IMG/VR virus record: IMGVR_UViG_3300021407_000008
DNA length: 64,000 nt
Source of the DNA: a virus
Taxonomy: Duplodnaviria; Heunggongvirae; Uroviricota; Caudoviricetes
Direction: 5' to 3' (one strand)
Positions 1 through 9,151 of this stretch are shown piece after piece. A program made the translations under genes and the position numbers. The notes below the pieces were generated by a model. It worked only from the letters and a program-made list of their open reading frames with translations, was not told the origin of the DNA and made no database searches. Each line of letters begins with the position of its first letter. Position 1 is the first letter of the stretch.

Positions 1-24
1 GCAGGATCGGCAACAGACGGTTCC
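1..24 (-). CDS. Putative downstream exon (exon 3) of the major capsid gene; continues beyond the window start
   Basis: Follows the predicted 3' splice site ...AAACTG^ at plus position 25. Intron 1 ends the same way (...TTAACTG^ at position 983). Confidence 0.3.
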
Positions 25-226
25 CAGTTTCTTCGCTTTGTTACGCGATTGCTCGCGGTTAGGTCGTTTCCGCCTAACTCTACATGTCGCCATGCAGGCC
101 GGACTATATCTTCTCCGTTGTCTAGAGTCTCGCGTGTAGTCTCTACGGACTCGCCGCTTTCGCGGATTGCCTCGGTATTGTCCACTTGGGATGTCCACCG
201 ATATAGCGAGATTTTATAATCGCAAG
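25..226 (-). mobile_element. Group I intron 2 (3' portion, P7-P9) in the major capsid gene; 5' splice site probably lies inside the 3' end of ORF 227..970
   Basis: The minus strand carries the R element GTAGAGACTACA (plus about 139-150) and the S element GAAGATATAGTCCGG (plus 100-115), matching the consensus R CAGAGACTA and S AAGATATAGTC. P9-like hairpins follow (GTTAGGCGGAAACGACCTAAC and CGCGAGCAATCGCG). A terminal G sits at position 25. Confidence 0.55.
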
Positions 227-982
227 TCATGCTGCTTTCACGATTAGCTGATAGTTACGTTGCTCTGGGATTTCTGTAGCTCCAAGAGAAACGCTAAATA
301 CAGCGTCTTGTCCGACAACATAGGTTCCGTAGCCGGTTTTGGTGCCGGATGGGAAGGCTGCGAAAGTTGATGCAGTGGTAGTCTCAATGAAACGAGCACC
401 CGCAACATCAATTACTCGATAGCCCTGTACGCCGCGCATCAATTCCTCGCTGCCTTCTTTGTGGTATTTCAAAATGTCAATAACGCCACCGGCGGTATTA
501 TCATTTAGTAAATCAAAGGCGGCAAAGGGGTGAATGATCCCGGCGAACAACCCATCCGTCTGCGGTCTAACGTCTGCGCCACGAAGGCTCATAACGGCCT
601 GACGTGTCAACGAAGCGCTAAGGAATTCGTTGTCGGTACAGGAAATTACGATGGTGGAATCGGCGGTAGCCTCAGCTTCAAACTCGGTACGGGCTAGGGT
701 GTTTGCTGTTAGAGCAGCACGGTAGCCCATCTCGGCAGCGGTATTTTCGACGATAGGATCAATTGCGGTTTCAACGAGAATGTCAGAGAACGAAGCGAAG
801 TCAAAATATTGGTTGACAGCGACGTTTCTGATAGAAGTCGTTGGGTTGATACCAGTTCCAACGGTACCTTCGGTACCGGGAGTGGTATTAGCCGCAAATA
901 GATCGTAACCGTACAACTGAATAACGCGACCGTTACGGTCTGGAAGCTTACGACGGCTGGTTACGGCCACGAACGGGAGATT
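227..982 (-). CDS. Major capsid protein, internal exon (HK97-fold-like). The exon begins at position 982 directly after the intron's terminal G. The frame stays open to the stop at 227, which probably lies inside intron 2.
   Basis: 247-aa ORF with an HK97-family-like ...IIHPFAAFDLL... motif. It is too short for a complete major capsid protein. It is flanked by group I intron cores. An in-frame stop lies 5 codons upstream of the GTG, consistent with an intron 3' end. Confidence 0.5.
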   Translation of the reverse strand, partial: NLPFVAVTSRRKLPDRNGRVIQLYGYDLFAANTTPGTEGTVGTGINPTTSIRNVAVNQYFDFASFSDILVETAIDPIVENTAAEMGYRAALTANTLARTEFEAEATADSTIVISCTDNEFLSASLTRQAVMSLRGADVRPQTDGLFAGIIHPFAAFDLLNDNTAGGVIDILKYHKEGSEELMRGVQGYRVIDVAGARFIETTTASTFAAFPSGTKTGYGTYVVGQDAVFSVSLGATEIPEQRNYQLIVKAA

Positions 983-1581
983 CAGTTAATCCCAACGGTT
1001 TCCCGATGGGCTGGACTATATCTTCCAAGACTTCTAATCTCGGCCAAGCTCTTAGTCTCTGAGGACTCGCCAAATCGTTCCTTCTCTGCCACGATAGCTA
1101 AATCTTCTTCGGTATATCGCCTCGCCTCGTTACCGCCTTTCGTATATTTCATACGATTGACGATAAACCTGCGAAGGATCGCCGCTTCTGCTATCTTGCG
1201 ACCTATTAGATTCTTTTCTACTAGGTCAAGGAGTTTGAGCATGTCTTCGTGGTGATGAACTACTACTTGGAAACATCCATTGGAGTTTTCGCGGATATGG
1301 TTTCTTATTCCGTTCTCGTCTTGAATGTTTACCACGTACCAGATTAAAGCTGGATCGCTATTACTGAATCCAATCTCTGATCTGAGTTCAAATTTGCCAT
1401 TTTTTCTTGGATTTCTCCAAAGACTAAAATGGCCCTCACCACTATACAAACCGCCCAACATAATTCGGATTGCCTGCTGATTGTCTAATTCCACAGATTT
1501 TCCCTTTTTAGGACTGTAGACTCTAAAGATGTTCCAGCATACCGCTTGGTTTATATTAAGGCCAATTCCTGTTCGGTTCAA
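982..1581 (-). CDS. LAGLIDADG homing endonuclease (intron-encoded; C-terminus overlaps the intron P7-P9 core)
   Basis: Motif ...IMLGGLYSGEGHFSL... matches LAGLIDADG. TTG start. The stop TGA overlaps the intron's terminal G. Confidence 0.7.
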   Translation of the reverse strand: MNRTGIGLNINQAVCWNIFRVYSPKKGKSVELDNQQAIRIMLGGLYSGEGHFSLWRNPRKNGKFELRSEIGFSNSDPALIWYVVNIQDENGIRNHIRENSNGCFQVVVHHHEDMLKLLDLVEKNLIGRKIAEAAILRRFIVNRMKYTKGGNEARRYTEEDLAIVAEKERFGESSETKSLAEIRSLGRYSPAHRETVGIN

Positions 1582-1700
1582 GCCTTAAGATTCTCGACTG
1601 CGACCCGCAAAACGTGGGTCAAGAATCAATCTACGACCGGGTCAATTAATCGTAGTAAATGCTAGCTAAATGCGTTAGTCCTGCTGTAGTCGTTAAAACT
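983..1700 (-). mobile_element. Group I intron 1 in the major capsid gene, carrying a LAGLIDADG homing endonuclease ORF (5' boundary uncertain, somewhere in 1582..1917)
   Basis: Minus strand has R TCAGAGACTAAG (plus about 1041-1052), S GAAGATATAGTCCAGCC (plus 1008-1024), then a P9-like GNRA hairpin and a terminal G at 983. There is a 336-nt ORF-free region 5' of the homing endonuclease gene. The segment is homologous to the intron 2 core. Confidence 0.55.
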
Positions 1701-1917
1701 GAAGCTGGCTGATACGACATTTAGTTCACCTATTGCTGATGAGATGACAAGCTCCTATAGCCGCGCTATCTTGTGTTGCGGGATCGCCGCTCAAAGTAAG
1801 ATTGGCCAATGTGCTTGCACTAACACTCCCAACGGGCTATTGCTTCATATACTGGGCAATTTTGGTTTGGTCGGCCAAAATGCCTAATAAACTAGGCAAC
1901 CTATCCGTGTTCTGGAG

Positions 1918-3084
1918 TTACCGACTGGCAGCAGAACCGCGCTTCAACGAGGACGCAATACGCGCCCGCATTTCGTGAAGTGGCAGGTTTTGCCATCCAG
2001 TGACATCGACCCCTCCCTCGGGTTCAGGCGCAGGAGGCCGCTGACCAGAGCGGTCTGAGAGCATGACGGGTGGAGGCGGTGCTGGCGGTGCGGGAGGCAC
2101 CGGAACTGGTGTAGGAACTGGCGCGACTACAACTGGCGCTGGCGCTGGAGCAGGCGTACTCACAATAGGAACGGTTGTACTCGTAACGGGTACAGGTTCC
2201 GGCTGTTTGGTAGTGAACTTCGTGCCTTGCTCCGATAAAGTCTCAAAAGCGTATTCCAAGTTATTCTTTGTGGTCTGCATTGGTTCATCGTGAATCTTGC
2301 CGCAACGCTTGCAATTAAATCCGCCAACGGTTACGGGCCTAGAACATCCAGCCAAGAAAGAATAAATGGCATTGCCGCTTTGTGGGGTACAGTCAAAATC
2401 TTCTAAGTGGTCTGCGATGAATTCGGCTTCGGCTCTTTGGGCAGCTTCTTTTTGGCCAATAAGTTGTGTTTCATAGACTGTTCTGGCCACTGCGTCTGGC
2501 TTCGTGCCCGTAGACGCTTCGTAAACTTGCCGCCACGCTTCGTATGGGTTGGTTTTAAAGAGTTCGTTGATTTGGGCAACTTCGGTGTCATTTAATGTAC
2601 GTGGCTGAAAAGCTAGCGCTTCTGGTGCTTTGGAATTGTCTGGCTTAGCTTTAGCCTTTTCTTTCAGTTGACGGATACGCAAGGTAGCGTTCTTTTGGGC
2701 CTCTACTAACTTATCAATAACCCCTTGCTGGCTATCTGCCTTAAAAACTTGTGGTCCAGTCCCATCCCCAAGGTCAACCGTAGCCGTAAACTCTTTAGGC
2801 GGCTCCGGTGTAGCGTTAGGAGCGGCTACAGGAGCAGGCGCAGGGGTTGGGGTGGGTTCGGGAGCGGGAACAGGTGGAACGACCGCTGGCGGGGCTGTAA
2901 TAGGCGCGGGCGCTAGTTCTGGTGGCGCTGGCGGCATGAAGTCGTCCGATAACTGCATAGCGCGGGAAATTGGCGGTTTACCTTGTTTCGCCTCAACGGA
3001 TGGCGTGCCGTACAAGGTATCCAAAACTGGATCAGTTTGCAGAATGCTAGGAACTGCTGGGGGTGCTTCGGAAGTTGTTGGCAT
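1918..3084 (-). CDS. Pro/Ala-rich protein with a central coiled-coil-like region (possible scaffolding or head-associated protein)
   Basis: 388-aa ORF with PAPAPEP low-complexity tracts. It lies between the putative portal/protease genes and the capsid gene. Confidence 0.4.
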   Translation of the reverse strand: MPTTSEAPPAVPSILQTDPVLDTLYGTPSVEAKQGKPPISRAMQLSDDFMPPAPPELAPAPITAPPAVVPPVPAPEPTPTPAPAPVAAPNATPEPPKEFTATVDLGDGTGPQVFKADSQQGVIDKLVEAQKNATLRIRQLKEKAKAKPDNSKAPEALAFQPRTLNDTEVAQINELFKTNPYEAWRQVYEASTGTKPDAVARTVYETQLIGQKEAAQRAEAEFIADHLEDFDCTPQSGNAIYSFLAGCSRPVTVGGFNCKRCGKIHDEPMQTTKNNLEYAFETLSEQGTKFTTKQPEPVPVTSTTVPIVSTPAPAPAPVVVAPVPTPVPVPPAPPAPPPPVMLSDRSGQRPPAPEPEGGVDVTGWQNLPLHEMRARIASSLKRGSAASR

Positions 3085-3146
3085 TAATTAGGCCGTGTAA
3101 ATAATATGGCTAAGGTGGCAGAGACAATGCAACCACTAGGCTTAAA

Positions 3147-3725
3147 TTGTCATCTGATATGATAGCTGGGAGGATAAAAATGAAAGCATTGAATGTGGTT
3201 TTAGCTTGTGTTCTTTTCGCGGTATCGGCCCTTGCTCAACAACAAAACCAAGACGAAATGGTTACGGTAACCGTTCCTAAGTCTAGCCTGTCCGTACAAC
3301 AGCAAGCCTCAATCCAACAAGAGCACGCCAAGACTTGGATTGGTATCGGAAAAGAATTTGGCGATGCAGTTAATTCTGGCTTAGCTGCGGTTACTACTCA
3401 GTCCAACAATTTTGCACAAACCCCAGTGGGCAAAATAACCGTTTTCCTGATTGCATGGAAGATACTAGGCGACCAAATCACCCACTTTATCGGCGGAACA
3501 CTTGAAATACTTATATTTCTACCACTGTGGATTTGGTCGTATCGCCGCATTTGCCTACCAAAGACATTGTTGGTCAGGGAAACAATTGGACAAGATAAAC
3601 AGAAAATCAAGGAATGGAAAGTGGTCAACGATGATGACCGCGATACGGAAGGATGGCGGCAAGGTCATTGGGCAATTGCCGTGGCGATGTTGGTGGTTAT
3701 TCTAGTGACGGTGTTTTCTTACTAA
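3147..3725 (+). CDS. Plus-strand membrane protein with an N-terminal signal peptide (moron-like)
   Basis: Signal peptide MKALNVVLACVLFAVSALA and hydrophobic C-terminal segments. Opposite orientation to the surrounding operon. Confidence 0.45.
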   Translation: MSSDMIAGRIKMKALNVVLACVLFAVSALAQQQNQDEMVTVTVPKSSLSVQQQASIQQEHAKTWIGIGKEFGDAVNSGLAAVTTQSNNFAQTPVGKITVFLIAWKILGDQITHFIGGTLEILIFLPLWIWSYRRICLPKTLLVRETIGQDKQKIKEWKVVNDDDRDTEGWRQGHWAIAVAMLVVILVTVFSY

Positions 3726-4060
3726 TCCACGCCCGTAAACGCAACCACAACCCAATCGTTCTCGACTACGCCCGTTTGCATGTTGAAATGAACGTTCTTT
3801 CCGTTTAACGTGGCACTACCGCCAGAGTTTGAGTTAGCCACTGGCGGCTGAAACCAGTAGTCGCCAGTTTTGGTGTTGGTCATCACAAAAAGGCCAGCAT
3901 CTACGTCGTAAGTAAGCGCCCATAGTATCCTGCCCTTTTGTTCGCAGTACACCGTAGTGGTCGGGTACGTTAAATGTACTTGGCCACTCGCGGAGCATGT
4001 GCGACCAAAGGAAAATGTTGAGGCGAAAATAACGGCGGCTGCTATTAGCGTTTTAATCAT
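3722..4060 (-). CDS. Small secreted protein
   Basis: True start is probably MIKTLIAAAVIFAS... (signal peptide). ATGA overlap with the upstream gene. Confidence 0.45.
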   Translation of the reverse strand: MIKTLIAAAVIFASTFSFGRTCSASGQVHLTYPTTTVYCEQKGRILWALTYDVDAGLFVMTNTKTGDYWFQPPVANSNSGGSATLNGKNVHFNMQTGVVENDWVVVAFTGVD

Positions 4061-4407
4061 CCAATTATCCCCACGTAATCTCCGTCTGTGTCGGCGGGAT
4101 TTAGCTGCACGTTTTCTAGAATTCTCTGTACCGATTCCGGCTCCAGTGTTTCTACGGCATTCATTATTCCTTCGTGCCACGTCTCGGCAAATGAAACGAT
4201 GCCAGAAAGTCTAATCTGTGCGGCCCATAGCGCATCCTTTTCCATGGGTGTGCTCATAAATTGTTCTTTAAGCTGGGCTATGCGATGGTTCCGGAGGTCT
4301 AGGTAAACGGCCCATCCCGGAGAACGAATCAAGTCTGCTAAATGTCTAGCTTTTTCAAACTCACGGATTATCGCTAATTCTGTTTCGCTTAGTTGCGTGT
4401 CTGACAT
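4057..4407 (-). CDS. Hypothetical protein
   Basis: 116-aa ORF translationally coupled to its neighbour. Confidence 0.45.
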   Translation of the reverse strand: MSDTQLSETELAIIREFEKARHLADLIRSPGWAVYLDLRNHRIAQLKEQFMSTPMEKDALWAAQIRLSGIVSFAETWHEGIMNAVETLEPESVQRILENVQLNPADTDGDYVGIIG

Positions 4408-4421
4408 TGGACTATTTTAAC

Positions 4422-5345
4422 CTATTGGCTATTTGGTTTGTGGCCGGTTTCTAGAGCTAGACGCAAACCGTTCGGGCCTACGTGTTGAGCGTATTCTGGA
4501 TGCTTGTGCAAAAGTGCGGCTATAACTTTTCCGTCAGACACGCCGCGATAGGCCGGAAATTTAGTTCTAAGATTTTCCAGAACTACGTTATGGTCGCCAG
4601 ATTTAGACATGCTAGGTTTAAGTATATTGCCTTCCCTCCATCCGGTTGGCGTACTTGAATCCACTACAGAGAAAGCACCCTTGCGAAACATGGAATTAAG
4701 TTTGGCTGGATCATTCGTATTGTCTTTTACAGCATCGCGGCTATAACGACTACGAACAGAATCAAGAAAGGCCATATCGCCAGCGGGCGGTCTACTGCCA
4801 GCATGGCTCTGTACAAACGCCCTAGCGGAGTCTTCGTTGTTCTTGACCATCTCCGCTTGCTGTTCGGTTCCATATGCAGTGAATGGTTTCGTGCTCCCTT
4901 TGTCGTAAGAATATTGTGCTGGTCTGTTGGGGTCTAGCGATTTAGCCGGAACGCCGCTTCCAGTAAATTTATCATTTGTCAGGTTTTGCCAAACGTGCGT
5001 GGCTTCATGTAGTTCGTTTTCAGAAAGTTCTTTTGTGCTGGAATCGGTTGCTAGGAAAACTACGGTTGGAAGGTGTTTTGACAAGACATATCCGCGAAGA
5101 TTGGTCCCGGAAGCACCGTTGTCGAAAGCAATTCTTATGTCGGATGGGCTGATGCTATCCCCAAATGTTTTCTTGATCGCGTTCGCTTCATTGTCTGTAA
5201 GCGGACGAGATTGAAGCGCGATACTCTTTATTGTTTCTGGACCAAGACGAGCAAGCGGAGAACCTATGTGTGGCGCAGTTGTGTCTATGGAATTATCGTC
5301 TGGCATTGTCACCGCCAGAATATACAAGGCTAAAGATTGGCTCAT
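4422..5345 (-). CDS. HExxH-motif protein (possible zinc metallopeptidase or head maturation protein)
   Basis: LHEATHVWQ contains HExxH. Located in the head module between the portal and scaffold-like genes. Confidence 0.4.
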   Translation of the reverse strand: MSQSLALYILAVTMPDDNSIDTTAPHIGSPLARLGPETIKSIALQSRPLTDNEANAIKKTFGDSISPSDIRIAFDNGASGTNLRGYVLSKHLPTVVFLATDSSTKELSENELHEATHVWQNLTNDKFTGSGVPAKSLDPNRPAQYSYDKGSTKPFTAYGTEQQAEMVKNNEDSARAFVQSHAGSRPPAGDMAFLDSVRSRYSRDAVKDNTNDPAKLNSMFRKGAFSVVDSSTPTGWREGNILKPSMSKSGDHNVVLENLRTKFPAYRGVSDGKVIAALLHKHPEYAQHVGPNGLRLALETGHKPNSQ

Positions 5346-6102
5346 CCCAGCCCGCAGCCGTATCGTTGAATTGCAGTAGATATTTTGGGTTGGAGTGCGC
5401 GTTTATTTTGGCAATTTGCAGCAAGAAATCTTCTCGTCTTAAATCAAGCTTCATTCTGTTGCATACTCCACAACACGGAACAACATTATCAGGCGTGTAT
5501 CCTTTGTCGGAGTCAATTCTATCTATTCCGTTGTACTTGAACTTATGAAAGGCTCCCTTAAAGAGATTCGACGGCGGGGAATCACAATAATAGCAATTCT
5601 TTTCTAGGAGGGAATGAAATAGCTCATCAGACAATTCCCAACACAAGTTTCTGTGTTTGGCTCCTTTTACGTAGTGGCGTTTGGCGGCTCTGCGACCACC
5701 CTCTTTAGGCGGAAGAAAGGTTTTGAATTTGTAACATCCGCAACTTCTAACGTTATCCATCACTAAATTGTTGCACGATACGGTTGTTTCTTTGCCGCAA
5801 ACACACATACAAAGCCACCTAGAATGGTGGGTTCTATCTAATCCGGCGTAGGCAATAACGGTCAAATCTCCGAATGTTTGTCCTGATAGGTTTTTAACGC
5901 GAGAAGGAATTTCTGGCAATGGAAACCTCTCCCACCGCTTTAATTTAATACGAAGGTTGTTGCACTCCTTGCAAAGTTGTCGCTGTCTATAGGAATAGAA
6001 ATACTTAATCGGCATCCACAGACCTTCGCCATTATTGTGAGCGGAACACCATTGCATTTCTCCACTCGGAGTTTTAAGTATTGGTATCGGGGGAGTTGGC
6101 AT
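5293..6102 (-). CDS. HNH homing endonuclease
   Basis: ...NGIDRIDSDKGYTPDNVVPCCGVCNRMK... matches the HNH motif, plus an N-terminal Cys cluster. Abuts the portal gene. Confidence 0.65.
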   Translation of the reverse strand: MPTPPIPILKTPSGEMQWCSAHNNGEGLWMPIKYFYSYRQRQLCKECNNLRIKLKRWERFPLPEIPSRVKNLSGQTFGDLTVIAYAGLDRTHHSRWLCMCVCGKETTVSCNNLVMDNVRSCGCYKFKTFLPPKEGGRRAAKRHYVKGAKHRNLCWELSDELFHSLLEKNCYYCDSPPSNLFKGAFHKFKYNGIDRIDSDKGYTPDNVVPCCGVCNRMKLDLRREDFLLQIAKINAHSNPKYLLQFNDTAAGWDEPIFSLVYSGGDNARR

Positions 6103-8234
6103 TATCCCTGCATTATACCAAGTGGATCGTTGTCTTGGCCTTGGTTTTGTTGCGACTGGCTACCACCCTGCGCATTTTGTTGTGCGTCCAGCAGTGTTTT
6201 CAATAAGTCGATTTTGTGGTCTGGTGTCATGCTGGTTTCTTCAAGCAGCGAGTGGATGATTTTTGTGCCCGATTGCGCCAAACCCTTAGCTTCAATCTCT
6301 CCAAGGTGGGCTTGGTGCTGCTGGTTAATTGTAGACATCTGTTGCGCGAATTCATTCTTCTGTGCCAAGCGTTGTTTATCCTCTGCGGTTAAGTCGGTAA
6401 TGATTTCTTGTTCTCCGGGCCATTCGGAAGCGTCAAATAACTGCTGCGCGAATTTGCCAAAGTTAACTTTTTTGCCTTGCTCTTGTAAAGATTCCAGAAC
6501 TGGCGACTGGCTCAAGAATTGCATAAGCGGCAGAGCTATTTGCATCATAGCTGACTTTGCCCGCATCTTGGTTCCGGCCTGCATACTAAACTTTACATTC
6601 GCGTTCTTAACTTCAATTGCATCCCCTTCGTAGGCTTTCTCTAGTTCTTCATCCAGAACTGCCCGCATGTCCTCAATCGGTAGCCAGCGAGAATTCATTT
6701 CGTGAACTAGTTCTAAGAATGGGACGATAAACAAGCGAGATACGAAATCTACAAAATAAGCCGACCTAGCACCTACGCCAGCGGCTAGAGTATTAATTCC
6801 TGACGCTGTTCTGCCGATAGACGACGGATGTGACATTGCTCCTTGTGTAACAATTTCATTTGCGCCAGAACGTCTTTGCGCTCGCGAATCAGATGCTTCA
6901 ACTTCGGTAAACGCATCTATAATCGCGGGCGGATACTGAATCATTTGCACGCCCTTGTCATCGTCGGAATCAATGATTCCACCCGGACGTAGGCGCAACT
7001 GCTGAGTTGGAGTATTCGCGCCACGCTTGCGCAGGAACGTACCGGATAAACGTAGGGCTAAGTCATCTAAGCGGGAATTGATTACGCCTTGCTGTAGCCG
7101 CTGCTCGCCAGAAAGTAACTTGGTAATCCCAATTCCGTACCAGCTATCCAGAACATCTATTGGCGGAACGGAGAAGTAATTAATACACCCAAATTCATTG
7201 ATATCGTTTTTTAGGCAAAGCTTGCGATTTAGAACCACAATAGAACGAGTCGCGGTGGTGTATTCCAAAAGTTCTAATGGTTGCAAGTTTGGGTCTTCTG
7301 AAGGCGACTGCCAGCGCGGCATTGCCTTGAATTCCATGTTGATATCGAGAGATGACACGCCAGTATTAAGAACTGATGTTGTAGAGCGGCCCTCTAGTAC
7401 AGAACGTTCTGCGGATTCTTTTGGCGGAGTGAACAACGATTGCAGGAATTCGGTAGATGGAATGTTGTACCCCGGCTGGTTGCGCAACTGTTCCAAATCT
7501 TCCAATGTTGGGTACATGCGGTGAATCACAAACTTTGCCTTACGGATATCTGGAATACGCAGGTCGGGAGAAACCAGAAGGTGCCTAATATGTATCTTTT
7601 CCAGACAAGGCGCGTTAACTTCGTATTCTTCTAGTTCCTCAATAACTTTTCGCGACTCTTCCGTTGGCGTGATAATCGACATGCCCATACCAACGTTGCG
7701 TTGTTCGGGCTGGCCAGCATATTTATAAACTCTGCGAAACCTTTTTTCGCGCTTCCATCCGGCCTTCCAAACACCCATGCCATACTGCAAAGATTCTTTC
7801 AGGCCAAGCCGCAACTCTTCCTCGAAATTCATGTCTTTGAGTTGCTTGCTGATTAACTGGGTAACCGCACGGGCTGCATCTATTTTCGTTTGTGCTCTAG
7901 GCGTGCAGGAAAATGGCGGGTCGTCACCGTAGAGCGCTTGCATGTATTGCGGGAGCAGGGATTCGATATGCTCAAGTGTTAATGGAATACCTAGTGAGGA
8001 GCGCGGTACACTGGACCCCTCCCAAAACGCGGTTGGCATTCTAAAGAGATATAATCTGTCGTCTCTATCCCACTCTACAGTTAATCCCTTGGAAAGCGTG
8101 TACCACTCTGATCTTTGTAGGTCTTTTAGAACAAGGTTTAACGCAACTACATCTTCGGGTAATTGTGGTGCCAAGGGCATTTGCTCTGGCAATATTTCAT
8201 GGGCGAGGGAAATTGGACTTTGGAGTAATCCCAA
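6102..8234 (-). CDS. Putative portal protein
   Basis: 710-aa ORF immediately downstream of the terminase/homing-endonuclease genes in the canonical head-module position. No motif was verified. Confidence 0.45.
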   Translation of the reverse strand: MGLLQSPISLAHEILPEQMPLAPQLPEDVVALNLVLKDLQRSEWYTLSKGLTVEWDRDDRLYLFRMPTAFWEGSSVPRSSLGIPLTLEHIESLLPQYMQALYGDDPPFSCTPRAQTKIDAARAVTQLISKQLKDMNFEEELRLGLKESLQYGMGVWKAGWKREKRFRRVYKYAGQPEQRNVGMGMSIITPTEESRKVIEELEEYEVNAPCLEKIHIRHLLVSPDLRIPDIRKAKFVIHRMYPTLEDLEQLRNQPGYNIPSTEFLQSLFTPPKESAERSVLEGRSTTSVLNTGVSSLDINMEFKAMPRWQSPSEDPNLQPLELLEYTTATRSIVVLNRKLCLKNDINEFGCINYFSVPPIDVLDSWYGIGITKLLSGEQRLQQGVINSRLDDLALRLSGTFLRKRGANTPTQQLRLRPGGIIDSDDDKGVQMIQYPPAIIDAFTEVEASDSRAQRRSGANEIVTQGAMSHPSSIGRTASGINTLAAGVGARSAYFVDFVSRLFIVPFLELVHEMNSRWLPIEDMRAVLDEELEKAYEGDAIEVKNANVKFSMQAGTKMRAKSAMMQIALPLMQFLSQSPVLESLQEQGKKVNFGKFAQQLFDASEWPGEQEIITDLTAEDKQRLAQKNEFAQQMSTINQQHQAHLGEIEAKGLAQSGTKIIHSLLEETSMTPDHKIDLLKTLLDAQQNAQGGSQSQQNQGQDNDPLGIMQG

Positions 8235-8264
8235 ACTAGTTCACGCTCGTTGTATTTTGGGCAG

Positions 8265-8291
8265 AAAAAAGCCGTGAGTGCTTCACGGCTT
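8265..8291 (-). terminator. Rho-independent terminator (minus strand)
   Basis: Hairpin AAGCCGTGA-AGCAC-TCACGGCTT followed by TTTTTT on the minus strand. Confidence 0.45.
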
Positions 8292-8315
8292 AAATTGTAG
8301 GGGAGTTGTAATTAA

Positions 8316-9053
8316 CTAAGCGACTTGGGTTCGCTTTTCTGCTGCCTTAACGCGCTTATATTCTAGGTGACAGTCCTTGCATCTGGTAGCGTAATGCCAG
8401 CGGCCCAGTTCTGGGAAGCGTTTGCTTTTAACCCACGATCTAACCATCTGGTCAATTGGTTTTGTAGCTCCACAAAAGGTACATGTTTTTTCTTCTGGTT
8501 GCGGCTTGGGAACATATGGCCCCATCTTGGCCAGTGCTGCATCACTGCCAATCTTGGCCAATGCCGACCTTTCCTCTGGAGACAGTTTTTCTTGACGCTT
8601 TTGGTTAGCCAATGCTGACAGCGCTGATTTATATTCTGGGGTTCTAGCGGCAGCAGCTTCGCGCATTCTCTGTTTGGTTTCCTCTGGCTTTGGTTTTCCC
8701 TTGGAAATGTTTCTAAGTTTTTCTTTTGTTGCTTCGCTGGTTACTCGCCCGAGTTGTCCGTCGCCGCCGATGGTTGCGTTGTATCCAAATTCTTTCATGC
8801 TGGATTTGTAGATAGCGACATAGTGTTTCTCTAATCTATTAAGGTCTTTCCTGTCTGCTACCCTTACTAGCGACTTAATCGTAAAGGCGCTCCTGCCGTA
8901 TTTCTTTATGGCAAGAAAAAGAGGAGCATGTATACCGGCATAGTGTTCAGCCTTCCAGAACTTATTCATCAAGTAATGATTGAGGTTTTCCTTTACAGTT
9001 TGGCCAACGTAGACCTTGCCGCTTACGGTACAGGTAATGAGATATATGTGCAT
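8316..9053 (-). CDS. GIY-YIG homing endonuclease (free-standing, between the terminase and portal genes)
   Basis: IYLITCTVSGKVYVGQT matches the GIY-YIG motif. NUMOD-like K-rich repeats and a C-terminal zinc ribbon are present. Confidence 0.75.
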   Translation of the reverse strand: MHIYLITCTVSGKVYVGQTVKENLNHYLMNKFWKAEHYAGIHAPLFLAIKKYGRSAFTIKSLVRVADRKDLNRLEKHYVAIYKSSMKEFGYNATIGGDGQLGRVTSEATKEKLRNISKGKPKPEETKQRMREAAAARTPEYKSALSALANQKRQEKLSPEERSALAKIGSDAALAKMGPYVPKPQPEEKTCTFCGATKPIDQMVRSWVKSKRFPELGRWHYATRCKDCHLEYKRVKAAEKRTQVA

Positions 9054-9151
9054 ATTTAGAAGTATAACATGGTTCCGCCTTATGGGAAGGAAAATCTGAT
9101 CCGTAATGCTCTCCGTGCAACTTTTGGTAATGGCGGAGCATCCAAATCAGC

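Noticed and set aside
90-160. Segment homologous to the 3' end of the LAGLIDADG gene region (1000-1090). First read as a decayed homing-endonuclease gene remnant downstream of the capsid gene.
   Set aside because: The shared sequence corresponds to group I intron core elements (R, P8, S, P9), not to protein-coding conservation. The minus-strand frame at 90-160 has multiple stops. It is better explained as a second homologous intron.
2063-3091. Plus-strand Gly/Ala/Thr-rich ORFs (2063..2293, 2852..3091 and others) overlapping the Pro-rich minus-strand gene
   Set aside because: These are antisense artefacts. The reverse complement of Pro/Ala codons (CCN/GCN) yields open Gly/Ala frames. There is no start context.
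3722-4180. Long N-terminal extension of ORF 3722..4180 (MARRNNECRRNTG...)
   Set aside because: The Arg-rich extension overlaps gene 4057..4407 in another frame. The internal start MIKTL (4060) gives a clean signal peptide and ATGA coupling.
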